NCBI GenBank assembly: GCA_030141605.1
Contig: JAQGDQ010000076.1
Coordinates: 558,001-622,000, forward strand
Source: Tubiluchus corallicola
Lineage: Eukaryota; Animalia; Priapulida
Reading direction: 5' to 3'
DNA length: 64,000 nt
Below are positions 1 through 11,400 of this stretch, one piece after another. The notes under the pieces were generated by a model that saw only the letters and a list, made by a program, of their open reading frames with translations, did not search any database and had not been told where the DNA came from. Positions within the stretch are counted from its first letter, which is position 1. Each line of letters begins with the position of its first letter. A program made the translations under genes and the position numbers.

Positions 1-261
1 TTCTGTTAAGTTGGTTCCAGATATTTAATAATTGTATAAAAAGTCCTTACACTTATACGATTCAAAAAGTGGTCAGTGTAGATTTTCCACTTCACAATAG
101 AAACTTGATAAACATTAAAGATTTGTCTTAAGCAAACGTTTTGCGCACGTCGATTAAAACCGTTTAAAACAGGAAGAAACGAAATTAAATTTAGTACATC
201 CACATAACATTAATAGGCTATATTACGTACAGTACTTTTTATTAATTTTACACTATTTTAG

Positions 262-470
262 GCATTTTTGATCAGTTTCCGGACGCGAACACCATCAACG
301 CGTTTCGATTCTACATGGGCGTGGCAATCTCCCCTCCGACGCACGAAAACTATGAGAAGTTTTCGGAAACGGTCAACGTTTACCTAGAGAAGCCGCCATT
401 TAACTTTGTGAACCCTTTCAAGATGTTCGGAATTGCTAATAAGCACATAAAGGTAGAATGTGTTTACGCT

Positions 471-554
<84 letters not shown>

Positions 555-3474
555 TTCTATCTATCTATCTCTCTCTCTCACCTTTTTCTCTTTCGCTGTC
601 CGTGTCTCTTTTCAGATTTCCTTTATTGCAATTGTAAGAAAAGCTTTAAATCAATAATTTCTTACAAAAATTAAAATGACAAGCAAGTAACAGTTATAGC
701 GTTTCTTTAACACACAAACCATCATTTTACCTTTGTTATAAATTCGTTAAATAAACTGCTAGGTTTATTCATTTCTGATGTACGACACTTATAATTTGTT
801 ATTAAACTAGGTTAATCAATTAAAAACTGATTCGTAATAACGAATTGTCAATAATGCCTGTAATATTTTATTTATTTCTTCCTTTAGTTGCGCCCGGAAG
901 CGGCGTACCTTAACGATGCGGTTTATCTGTACGCATATGCCGTCACGCAAGCCAGAAAAAACGACGAAGATCCGACAAGTGGAAAAATACTTATCAAGCA
1001 CATGAAGGGACATTCGTTTAGGAGTATATAACCTTTAAAGTGCACATCCTGTAAAATCAGAGATAAAAATTAACTTTGCAATATTTTTCTACCTGTTACA
1101 AAACTCATGTCAGATACTTTACTGTACTTACAGTTGTTAATGTTTATTGATTTGATTATTAATAAATTGCCGCATGTGTTAGCTCTAATTCTCTAAACAT
1201 ATCAATGTCACTGTTGTCTCAAGACGGCTGCATTTTGTCTTTGAACATAAACGAATATCGATTTTCTCTTTACTAATTAGAATATAGTAGCACATTGACC
1301 GATATTAATTATTCCCGCGAGTTTTCCCAGTGGTTCGTTTTATTCAGGAATCACGCCGTTTATCCGCAACACCTGTTAGTCTTTTTCTCCTTTTTATATT
1401 GACTTCCTTCATTCATATTAATTGTTCAAGAAAGGCTACAAAAGTGTTTGAAAAGTTGTCCCGAACTCCAAAATTTTGGGGTTCGAGTTCTGGTTTACTT
1501 TTTTTAAGTTTTCTGTTGTATTTTGTTCTTATGAAAGTGTTTTTTCAGAGTTATTTTTCTGTGGAATTCCTTTTTAAGAATTTGTCCAGCGCATATATTT
1601 TTGGTTGTTAATGTACATGTTCCATTTTTTTCTCTTACAGGTGCCAATGGATACGAAACGTACATGGATGAAAACAATGACGTCATTGGTAACTTTACTG
1701 TGATCTCATTGGGCGAAGATGAACAAGGAAAGCCTGGGTTATTTCCAATAGGAACATTCCATAGGAAAACAAACAAGGACATCTCCCAAAAGTATCACTA
1801 CGTAAGCAACTCCCATGCATAATTATTTTCTACATCTCTATTCAGAGACGTGTAACAGTAGCACATGAAGTCATGTTGAGTTAAGTACATGACAAACTGT
1901 GACATGCACAAAGTTATAAATATATTATTAGTTGTAGAAGTAGTAAAAGCGTTTCTGCAGAGAGCACTTTGGGTAATCTCTTTTAGCTCATGTGTGCTAT
2001 GCTGACTTTAATAGCAACAATAAAATAACTGATCTGTAATAAAAAGAATCTGTGCTGCCAGTGGCGTCTAAATATAAAACTATTGTCATTCATATTTTAT
2101 TTGAAATCAGCGATGATACGTTTTTATTTCTCGCTTTTGCGAAATAATCAAAATTAAAAGGACCATTAGGATGTAAATAGAGGTTTGATGATCAATTTGA
2201 TTCGTTGATTAGCTGATGCGGTTTGAGCTCAATTGGATCATTAGTAAACCTGAAAAACTGACTGGCTGACTCATTCATTGTCTGTCTGACTGAACAATAG
2301 GCCGACTGACTGACTAACTGCTTGCCTGCCTGCCTGCCTGACTGACTGACTAACTGACTGACTGACTGACTGACTGATTGACTAACGTCCTCACTCACTC
2401 TTTCATTGTTTACCTTGGCTCCCTTATTCATCAACTATTAAGCGTTTATTAACCGACCGATCAACCGATTGATTTACTGACTGCCTATCTCACTCGGTAA
2501 TTTACTAGTTAAAGGAAAACCGGATGATTGTGCAATCATGAGTTCAGAATAAAGAATGCTCTAAAATATTGAAAACTACAAAAGCTTATTTTAAATCAAA
2601 GCTTAGATTAAATAATAATTACCTCGGATACTCTAATTTCGTTAAACTTTCAAAGCTACGCGCGGCTCTACTAAGATTGGCAGCGGCGCCTTTTTGTCGC
2701 GTGCGCGTGGCCGACAAATAGAAGGCGGTACCGTGATAACCATGATCATGAACTGCTGTGTTAGTTTCATGACGTCATATGATGTAAAGCCCATCTTTCA
2801 TGACATCATGCGTTTAAGCAGTACTGTAACACCTATGCAAATGTGGTTGACACGCAAGGGAAGACGCCTACCATTGCACAAACTGTGGTTAGTTTCTTAG
2901 GTAAGCAATAGCTGTGTTCGATTGCCATTAATTAACTTTCTAAGCTAATTATTCACATATAAGAAACAATTGTTAACTTTTACAGGCAAGAAAATGTACA
3001 TTTTGGACAGTAAATTAAAATGAGGTTGAGTATAAACAATCGTCCGGTCTTCCTTTAACAAACTCACAAACCGACCAGCTGACCAACTGCACACTTGATT
3101 AACCCTGAAAGTGTCGTAAGATATATGGTTTATCGAGTGACATAATATTTGTAATACTGTCAAAAATAGATTTGACACGGACTTATTACGTGATTGATTA
3201 TGATACTATCTATATAGATGGAGCCAATTCAAGAGAAAATGGTGTTAATTGTACATGCAGCTGCTATAACCATTTCAGACGACGTGAGTGCATGTATTGT
3301 CATTTGTAGTTTAGTTTCATTCAACTCATTGTTTCTCTCTAACAGGAAGTGGATTTTTTCCACCCACTCCGATGGATGTCGGGATATCGGCCAGCTCCGA
3401 GACCTCTATGTGGATTCCGTGGTGAGGATTGCATAAACCGAAATGTGATAGGATTCGCAGACGAGCGTGTCTAA
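262..3474 (+). CDS. Receptor guanylyl cyclase / natriuretic-peptide-receptor-like extracellular domain, 3' exons (5' end outside the window); apparently ends without TM or catalytic domains
   Basis: Exons 262-452, 888-1023, 1641-1801 and 3346-3474 have AG/GT boundaries and compatible phases (the 1024 donor GTATAT is weak). They join to ...AFRFYMGVAISPPTHENYEKFSETVNVYLEKPPFNFVNPF...LRPEAAYLNDAVYLYAYAV...DPTSGKILIKHMKGHSFRSANGYETYMDENNDVIGNFTVI...LFPIGTF...LRWMSGYRPAPRPLCGFRGEDCINRNVIGFADERV*. AAYLxDAVxLYA, DxNxDxxGNF/YT and W...PxCGFxGExC are receptor-GC ectodomain motifs (invertebrate Gyc32E/Gyc76C-like). Confidence 0.8.
474..578. repeat. (CT)n microsatellite, intronic
   Basis: Directly visible ctctct tract; explains the spurious SLSLSL ORF at 460-657. 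Confidence 0.97.
2256..2400. repeat. Degenerate (GACT)n/(GCCT)n tetranucleotide repeat
   Basis: Runs of gactgactgact and gcctgcctgcct. Confidence 0.85.
2513..3054. mobile_element. Non-autonomous TIR element with TTAA target-site duplication (Kolobok-like termini)
   Basis: TTAA at 2509-2512 precedes AGGAAAACCGGATGATTGT. The right end ACAATCGTCCGGTCTTCCT (reverse complement AGGAAGACCGGACGATTGT, 17/19 match) is followed by TTAA at 3055-3058. No transposase ORF. Confidence 0.8.
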
Positions 3475-4707
3475 ACGAATGCACCGAAATTTTATTCTTA
3501 TTTATTAGGTACACTACTCTATTTAAACTGTGGAAATTTGATTTTTATCTATGCTTATACTACAGTGGCGAATCTGTCAATATTAATTTGTGTATTATAA
3601 TATTTGTATGGAAATTATGAGCACGATTCTTTCACCATTGCAGTTTCTACCGAAAGGAAATCAAAATGCAAAGAGAAATAGCACTATAACCTTTTTAAGA
3701 TTACTAAAGCTCTAGGAGCTTTACAACAATTTTGCTGTAAGGCGCAGTTTATGTTTCACTTTTTGTTACAGAGAGGGCGCTACAGCTTAGGTTTGTGTGG
3801 AATCTCTCATTTATGATCCTACGTGTAATCGAAGTTGAGCTTGGTCAATATCATAGAATAAATTGATTGTGACCACTAGAAAAACTTCTTGACGCCACCA
3901 TCTGCCGTACTGTTTTTGGCAAGCGAGGTCTGTAGTATGCGGAGGCAAACGTGGCTAAGAAACCTCTGCTAGTTAAGTGTTTTATCAAAGAGGATGAGGC
4001 TTTGATAATGAGTTCAATACTGATCCTACCACAAAGCAACTGTGGGTTATATTTAAATGTAATTATATGCGCTATTTACTTAATCGGGTAAAATTTACTT
4101 AATCGACTTAATAATATACGTGAAAGCTTACTATATCCAGTTTTGCTGGAACATCATTAAGGGATTTTGTCCACTACGGGCGGCGTGAAAATCATTGGAC
4201 CCTGTGTTTTAATTGATCCCAAACAAACTGGATAAAAATAGTATACGTGTGACCTCTATAAGCTGTCCTGGTTGGGTAAAAAAGTTAGGACTACCTAAAC
4301 TGACAGTCAAATATGAAATCAAGGATTGGCACGAATTTTTTCACCCTGAGACCATGCAACCCGGGAAAATGGAATTGCAACGAATTTGTAGTACCCCTTT
4401 CATATTCGAAACAGTACATAAATAGCTAGAATTAGAACAAAAATAAAACATAGTGATACATAAGTTTAGCAAGCAGATTTAATTATCGAGTTCCAAAAAA
4501 GCACTAATAATCCTGACTATTGCTAAGACGAACAACTAAAAGCGGAAGTGAAATATGCATTGTAAAAGTTTTTATCAATATACATATCGTTCGTATCGTT
4601 ATGATTTCTTTGTTGTTTTCTTATTCGTCATAATTCGAAAACGCATGCGCAAGAATATAAGAATCAAAGATGCCAAAAGTCAGTAAAAATTAAACTACTT
4701 GGGAATA

Positions 4708-5045
4708 TAACAACAACACAACACAACAACAAAACGTCATCAACAACATCAGCAATAATGACAACGTCAACAACAATAGCAACAGCAGCAGCAGCAACAA
4801 CAGCAGAAGAAGAAGTAGCATGAACAGCAACAGAAATCAAAATAACAACAAAACATCATTTAAAAAGGGTCATCAAGTACCAATAACAATGGTGGCAATA
4901 ACAAAAACAGCTCTAGTAGTAGGAACAGTAGCAGCAGCACCGCCGCCACTGGAGCCAACAACAACGACAACGACAACAATGACAATGGTAACAATAACAA
5001 CGGCAACAACAACAGCAGCAACAACAGTGTCAGCAACTACAACCA
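4708..5045. repeat. Low-complexity CAA/CAG-rich trinucleotide tract
   Basis: Imperfect acaacaacagca runs; explains the poly-T and poly-V ORFs. Confidence 0.85.
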
Positions 5046-5300
5046 GGACTGATGTTTTAATTTCAATAAATTTGTATTTTTGTATGTTTAGAAACATATC
5101 AGGAAACACTAAAAGTGCTGACCCACGCCGCTAATTTACGTTTGTTACTTAGTTGTATCAAATTCTTCCTCTTCACATAGCCAGAACAACATGAATTTAA
5201 TTGCTATCATGACTTTCATTGACTTACTAGCACAACGGCTGACTTTTGAGTCGTTGGTTTAGAATGAATAAATATAAATATATATGTACACGAGAAAAGT

Positions 5301-5388
5301 GTGAGAAAAGCGTAGCAACAACAGAAAAGAATTCGTAACGAATTGTAGCAAAGAAGGATCAGAAAATAATTATATGGCTCAGCGCTAC
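5301..5388 (-). pseudogene. Short degenerate duplicate of the GPCR exon-5 TM5 segment
   Basis: Reads YFLILLCYNSLRILFCCCYAFLT versus YDFLIPLCYNLLLILFCCYYAFLT; the DNA aligns to ~6145-6230. Confidence 0.75.
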
Positions 5389-5810
5389 ACATATAGTATA
5401 TATACAAATACAAATATTTAACTGTTTTTACTTTAAATCATAAAACCAACAAAACATCAACATAATTTTCATTTTAATGTTATTCTAAGTAAGATAAACT
5501 TGCAACTGCAGTAAAAAAGTTGAATTTTAACCGGCTATAAATTTGAGATAGAAAGCGAAGTCGAGAATGTCGCACGTCAAAAATGATTCAGATGTTCTCA
5601 CACAATTCAGATTATGAAACACTGCGTAAAATTCTTCGTTATCTTTAACAGGTAATGCCAATGGCTTCAGAAATTATCTGTTAGCATGCAACTATGTAGG
5701 TTATCATTTTATTAAGAAAATACATAGAACTTCTTATAACAACTTAAAAGCTCACAACTTAAATCTCGCATGATTATAACAATGCATTTGAGGTTTTCAC
5801 ACATCTACGT

Positions 5811-8401
5811 CTACGTGGGTAGAACTGAAACGCTGGGTTGAATTTGGTTGTTAGCCAAAGTCTCGTTTGCTCCTTTATGTGCCTCAGCAGCTGTACCGGT
5901 AAGTAATGTGTTGACTCTCATAGTATCTGCTAAATAAAAGGTAACAGCAATACTTCTGGGTACAAAAAGAAATACTATAGCAACAGATCCTGTAGTGATC
6001 ATGATTATAGCAATGTAGATTATTTTGTAATCGTTTTGATTAGTAGTGTAATACGTTGGTAGAAATGCCACCCATACGACAAAAGTTGTGTAGACAGCTA
6101 AGCTGATGAAACGAGATTCGTTAAAATTATCCGGCAGTTTTCGCGTGAGAAAAGCGTAGTAACAACAGAAAAGAATCAGTAACAAATTGTAGCAAAGAGG
6201 GATGAGAAAATCGTATGTTCCAGTGCTGCAAACCAGTATTACATGTGGTTCCGTTGGTACAAGCATTTGTAGCTCAGCAGTCTGTGGACTTAGCTGATCG
6301 CAAACAACACACAATGCAATCTGAAAATAAAACAACTTCTTAGTCACGTGATATTAAAAATGCTAACACTTGGTAGTTTGAACAAACACGTCATTTTAAT
6401 GAAATAAAATTGTCCTATTGGACAATGGACTAATGTGATTTCTCGATTTCAAGCTGGACTGTTAAACAATAAAATTTTAGAGTTACCTGAATCAGTATCA
6501 GAATTGAAGCAATTGCAACCTGTTTTTTGGGAGCTATGCAACTCGGGCGCTTCTTGGACTTTTTTCCTGCAGTAAATATCCGGTAAATTCGATTTGTTCT
6601 TGTCAGCAGTGGTGCATAAATTGTGCTGACTGATACATGGAAACCGAAATATCCAGCAAAGCATGAAACGTCTGTTGGTTTCTTTAGTAAGCTAAACACC
6701 AGGGCATATGATCCTGTCACTCCAAGTAGTATAATTGCTGTCAATTCACGACTGCATGCTTTAATCAATCTGGCATCACGATGTTTTACGATGACAAGTC
6801 CTACAATAAAGGTTCCAGTTAATCCTAAAATGACCAGGGCAATACAACTGATAGTGATATTGTCTGACCAAAGTAAATATGTTGGGGTGATAGGCAGACA
6901 ATCGGTAGGTTTTTTGCCATCTGGCCAGGTATAGAGTGGACAAGGTAAACAGTTAGTTCCATTATTCACTAAATGTTCATTATTTCTGCAAAGTCTACAT
7001 TGCCAGCAGCAAGAATCAACATTAACTTTGAAGTGCCTCCAAGGACATGGATGGCTGCATACAGATTCTGGGACATCTGTTCCATTGATATATGAAGGCC
7101 ACATGACTTGAGACTGATTCATTTGCAAACCAATTCCAAATTTCCACAACCCAATCTCTGCTATTTTTATTTTACTGTTTTCAATTTGGAGTTGCTCAAT
7201 GTGATACTGCCCTGTTACGTCGCCATTTTTGTCAAAACTAACGTGCATCCCTATCCCGGGAAATGACACTTGGAATAAGTATTTTCTTAACAGTTTTCCG
7301 GAAACACACCTTTTCAGATTAGTTGGTGTAGCGCTTGGACAATTTTCTTTGATTAACTCGTTTAGTGCATATGCAAATGCATAAACTGCATTCACAACAT
7401 TTGAAACGAGTGGCTCTCTTTCTAATGGTATTGATGATCCTGGTTCTTCAGTACATATTTTACGTTTGGGGTCTGTAAAACTACAGTTATAAACAGTTTC
7501 CCAAAATTCGCCAAACCACTTATCTCTTTCTCTTTGGGATGCTGGCAGGCTCTGAAACCAATTTGTAAATGGCGGATAATTTTTCATAGGTGGTTCGAAT
7601 CCAAAAGAGGAAACAGGTGTAAGACCTAGCTTCTCCAAGTCGCGAAGACTGGAAGCTGCTTCAGAATTCAGAAATATGAAGTGGTCCATACTGCCAGCAC
7701 GCTGTAAGGCCTTTAGCAAACCCTGGTGCCATGGCGCGAAGATCCAAAGCAGGACTACCCTGGCTTTCCAATTTGCAATCAGCTCAGCAGCAATGGCATC
7801 AAATGCTTCATCGCTGGTTTCTCGCAAAAAGATTTTTCTGTCGACTGCAATGCAGATGTCATTTTCTTTCTTCTCCACGAAACTTCTAAAATATGCGAAT
7901 ACGACGATTACAAAAATATAATAAATAAAGACTGAATGAAGAAATAAAGAAAAATAATGAAAATAATTGAAGTTGAGTGATATTCACTTTATTCAAAATG
8001 AGAATGAGAACAACAATAATTATCTAATCAAGAAAAAAAACAGAGCAAAAAATTCCGTTACTTGACTTTGGGGAAGTTGGGTGGTTTTCAGTACCGTTGG
8101 GCTCGTTTTGAGCAGATTTGATGTCTGTAAATAAGTCTGTAGGAACCCGTAGATGGTGAAAAAACTTAGAGAATGCTCGGATGAGTGGGATCGCTTATAG
8201 TAGGCTTGCTGACGTTACTCAATGACAAACGCGTAATAAAGAATGAAATGGAGCTCCTTAGATTTCAACCCAAACGGCATCTAAGATCTGCCACCATCAT
8301 AATAAAGTGCAGCGTTAGAGGTGTGATTTGGGCGGTTTCAGAATTCGTGTACGGTCGCCAAAGCGTTTTAGCAAATAGCCAAAATTCCTTCATAATATCT
8401 G

Positions 8402-8438
<37 letters not shown>

Positions 8439-11400
8439 GCATCATTATTTAACTTTACCAACAACTAAATAACTTCAGAGCAAAACTATACATGACGAGG
8501 TGTATTCGATAAATAGTCCATTTTAGTAAAGATCCCAGTTTAATAAAAATCTAAAGATAACATGCACTCATGTACTGGCTATACAGACTTGTTTTAGAAG
8601 TTTATCCTAAATCATCACTAGGTTGGGGTCTCGCCACAACCGCTACATTAAATGTACACTGGCGTTGTGTGCTAGATTCCGGCTTACATCTCAACAATCC
8701 AAGCCATGTGAGACAGCAAAGAGAGATTGGCTGGAACTATGTCAAGAGCAATAGTGACCAAAAGGAGAAATAGAATGGAGAGGGAGCGAGAGAGAGAGAG
8801 AAAAAGGGAAGCCAGAATGGGGGAAGAGAGAGAGGGAGGGAGAGAGTGAGAGAGAGAGAGAGAGGAAAGGAGGGAGGGGGAGAGAGAGAAGGAATGAGGA
8901 GAAGAAAAAGAGAGGAGATTATTAATTAATTATTAAAAATCTTTATTGGAAATGATACAATAAGCCCTCTATTTGCAGGGCACATAAGTACAAACTTGTT
9001 AAATAAATCTTTACATTATGTACATTAAATAAATGTTTACATTAAATTCTTCACAGTTACAATTTCTTACTAAACAAGCTAACAATGCTGCATTATGATA
9101 TATTAATTCTAATTACATATCTAATAATTACGTATAATGTTTATACTGTATGTACAAATAGTATATGTTGTAGCTTCTACATACATAGATAATCTTACGC
9201 TAATGTCATTCGTATATAAACAGTAGAGTATATAATCAATTTATGATAAGATCATTTTGGGTTAGTTCTTTTACAATATCTATATACATTTTAATTACAT
9301 TAGTGTCTCTCTTTCTGTAAATATCATTATTTTCTAAGCCGCGCTCGAGATTCACTCTTATATCTTGTCTAACAAATGGTAACGGCAATGAAAACTTAAA
9401 TGTTCTGGGGTTTGACTGCCCAAACCGCAAACACACAGATCTGAATCAGTTATACTTATCCTGTATTTAAATGATTTGCAATCTCTTCCAAGTAGAAGAG
9501 CTAACGCACTTGTTTCTATAAATCTGTCATATTTACTGACTGGCGTATCTAATGGTGTTGTAAATACAGGAATTATCTCTCGCGGATTACCGGTCAACTG
9601 GTATTTACATGTTTACATGTTGTATTTTGCTACTCCGTAAAACTTTGATGTATTTATCCACTTCATTTTTATTATATTTGACTGCCAAAAAATGATTAAA
9701 ATATTGGCCCAGATTACGCAGCTGATAACTTACGCAGTAAGTTGAATTTCACACCTAACTACATCATCCTCTGGTTTATCTAATGCTTTCATTAAAAATT
9801 TACCGACAATAGACAAGAATTGCATATCGATTGGGGATAAACCACATATTGATTCTAATTCAGTTTTAGGCGAATTGTATTTAACGCCAACGGCTGTTTT
9901 GAGTATATCATATATAAGGTCGTCGATGGTTTGTATTTTTAAATCTAGCCAGGATGTAGCGGCATACAGTAACGTTGGCAAAACAGTGGTTTTAGCTAAA
10001 GCAACGATCGTGGCCACCTTTAATCCTTTATATTTAAAACAGGATTTTTTGATTTTATGCCATTTATTCCAGGCTTTGTGTCTCGTAGTAGTTACATGCG
10101 CCTCAAATTTAAGTTCATTATCAACATTTACTCCTAATACATTTCACATATTTAATTAGTTTATTTCCAAACATTAAATTTGGGGGGTTTTGGCTCGTAT
10201 TTTAACTTCAGTGAGTTTTTGCACATTAAGGCTTCTGTTTTATTTTCGGCGCAGTTAATATTCATACGCCACATGTTACACCACTTAAACAAATTAACAC
10301 ATTGCTCTTGTGCTGCTATATAAGCCTCATTCATAGTGCTGCCTGCAGCTACAAATGTGCTGTCGTCGGCATATTTAAATTTATGAAAGTTACCTGTCTC
10401 AATTGTTTACAACATATCCGATACATAGAACACTAATAAAATTGGGGACAGCACAGAACCTTGGGGTAACCCTATCTGACAAGAGTATTTGTTCCACAGG
10501 TGATTATTAACTTTTAAACAAATTTTGCCGTCTCTTAGTTGCCCCCTAAGCCTTTGGCATACAACTTCCAGATTAAACCGTCTAACCACACACTGTCGAA
10601 TGCTTTTTTAAAGTCGCAAAACACTGCAATGCAGCCTCTTTTCTCGATTAGTTTACTTTGTAGTTTTGAAATTAGTCTTGTCAGATATCGGGTTGTACTA
10701 CTCCCGGTCGAAATCGTTCTTGCTCAACATCTAACAAGTTATTTTCACTAAGAAACAATCACAATCTGTTTTCTAGAAGCTTGTATAGCGAAAAAATGAA
10801 GTTCACTCTTACTGAAACTGAGTTATAATTTGCAGAAACTTATACAATTTCCTACAACTTTTGCATCTGGAAATCGCGATTGCAGGTAACATTTACCTTT
10901 AAAATACCAGAACCTGAAGATGAGCTATAACTTATGTGCTAGGCGTAACTTTCATTTGGAGCAAGGTGAATAGCTATAACAACCGGTGAGCCTACAAGTT
11001 AAGCAACACCGAGACTGAGCAGTGAATGAATGAATGTGTAAATATCTACTGGGTATTTACTTGTTTAGCGAAAATGTATACTCGTTCGAACATATCTAAG
11101 ACATCTCTATGGATTTAGCGTCTCCCTGAGATCAAGGTAGATTATATTTTATAATTAAATAGGTCATGGTCTCGCTTACAACCATTTACATTGAAGAGCC
11201 ATTGTATGAAGTCACTGCGTGAGTTGGAAACATAGGAAACAACATTAACATCGAATCTGTCAAAACAAAATTGTGAAAAAGAGGCACAACAAGGCCATAT
11301 ATGTATTACTAATATCGTTAATAAAGGTTTTGTTGTAAATAATTGTTCTAGACATCTTGGTTTTTGGGAATGAGAGACAGATAGGATTTACTTCAGCAAC

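Noticed and set aside
4820-5134. Thr-rich mucin-like ORF and its antisense poly-Val 'TM' ORF, considered as the missing receptor-GC TM exon
   Set aside because: Both are products of a CAA-type simple repeat, and the hydrophobic reading is on the wrong strand.
6623-6934. Antisense ORFs over GPCR exons (also 45003-45260, 15910-16137, 19878-20087)
   Set aside because: Shadow frames of real coding exons; they recur only because the genes are paralogous.
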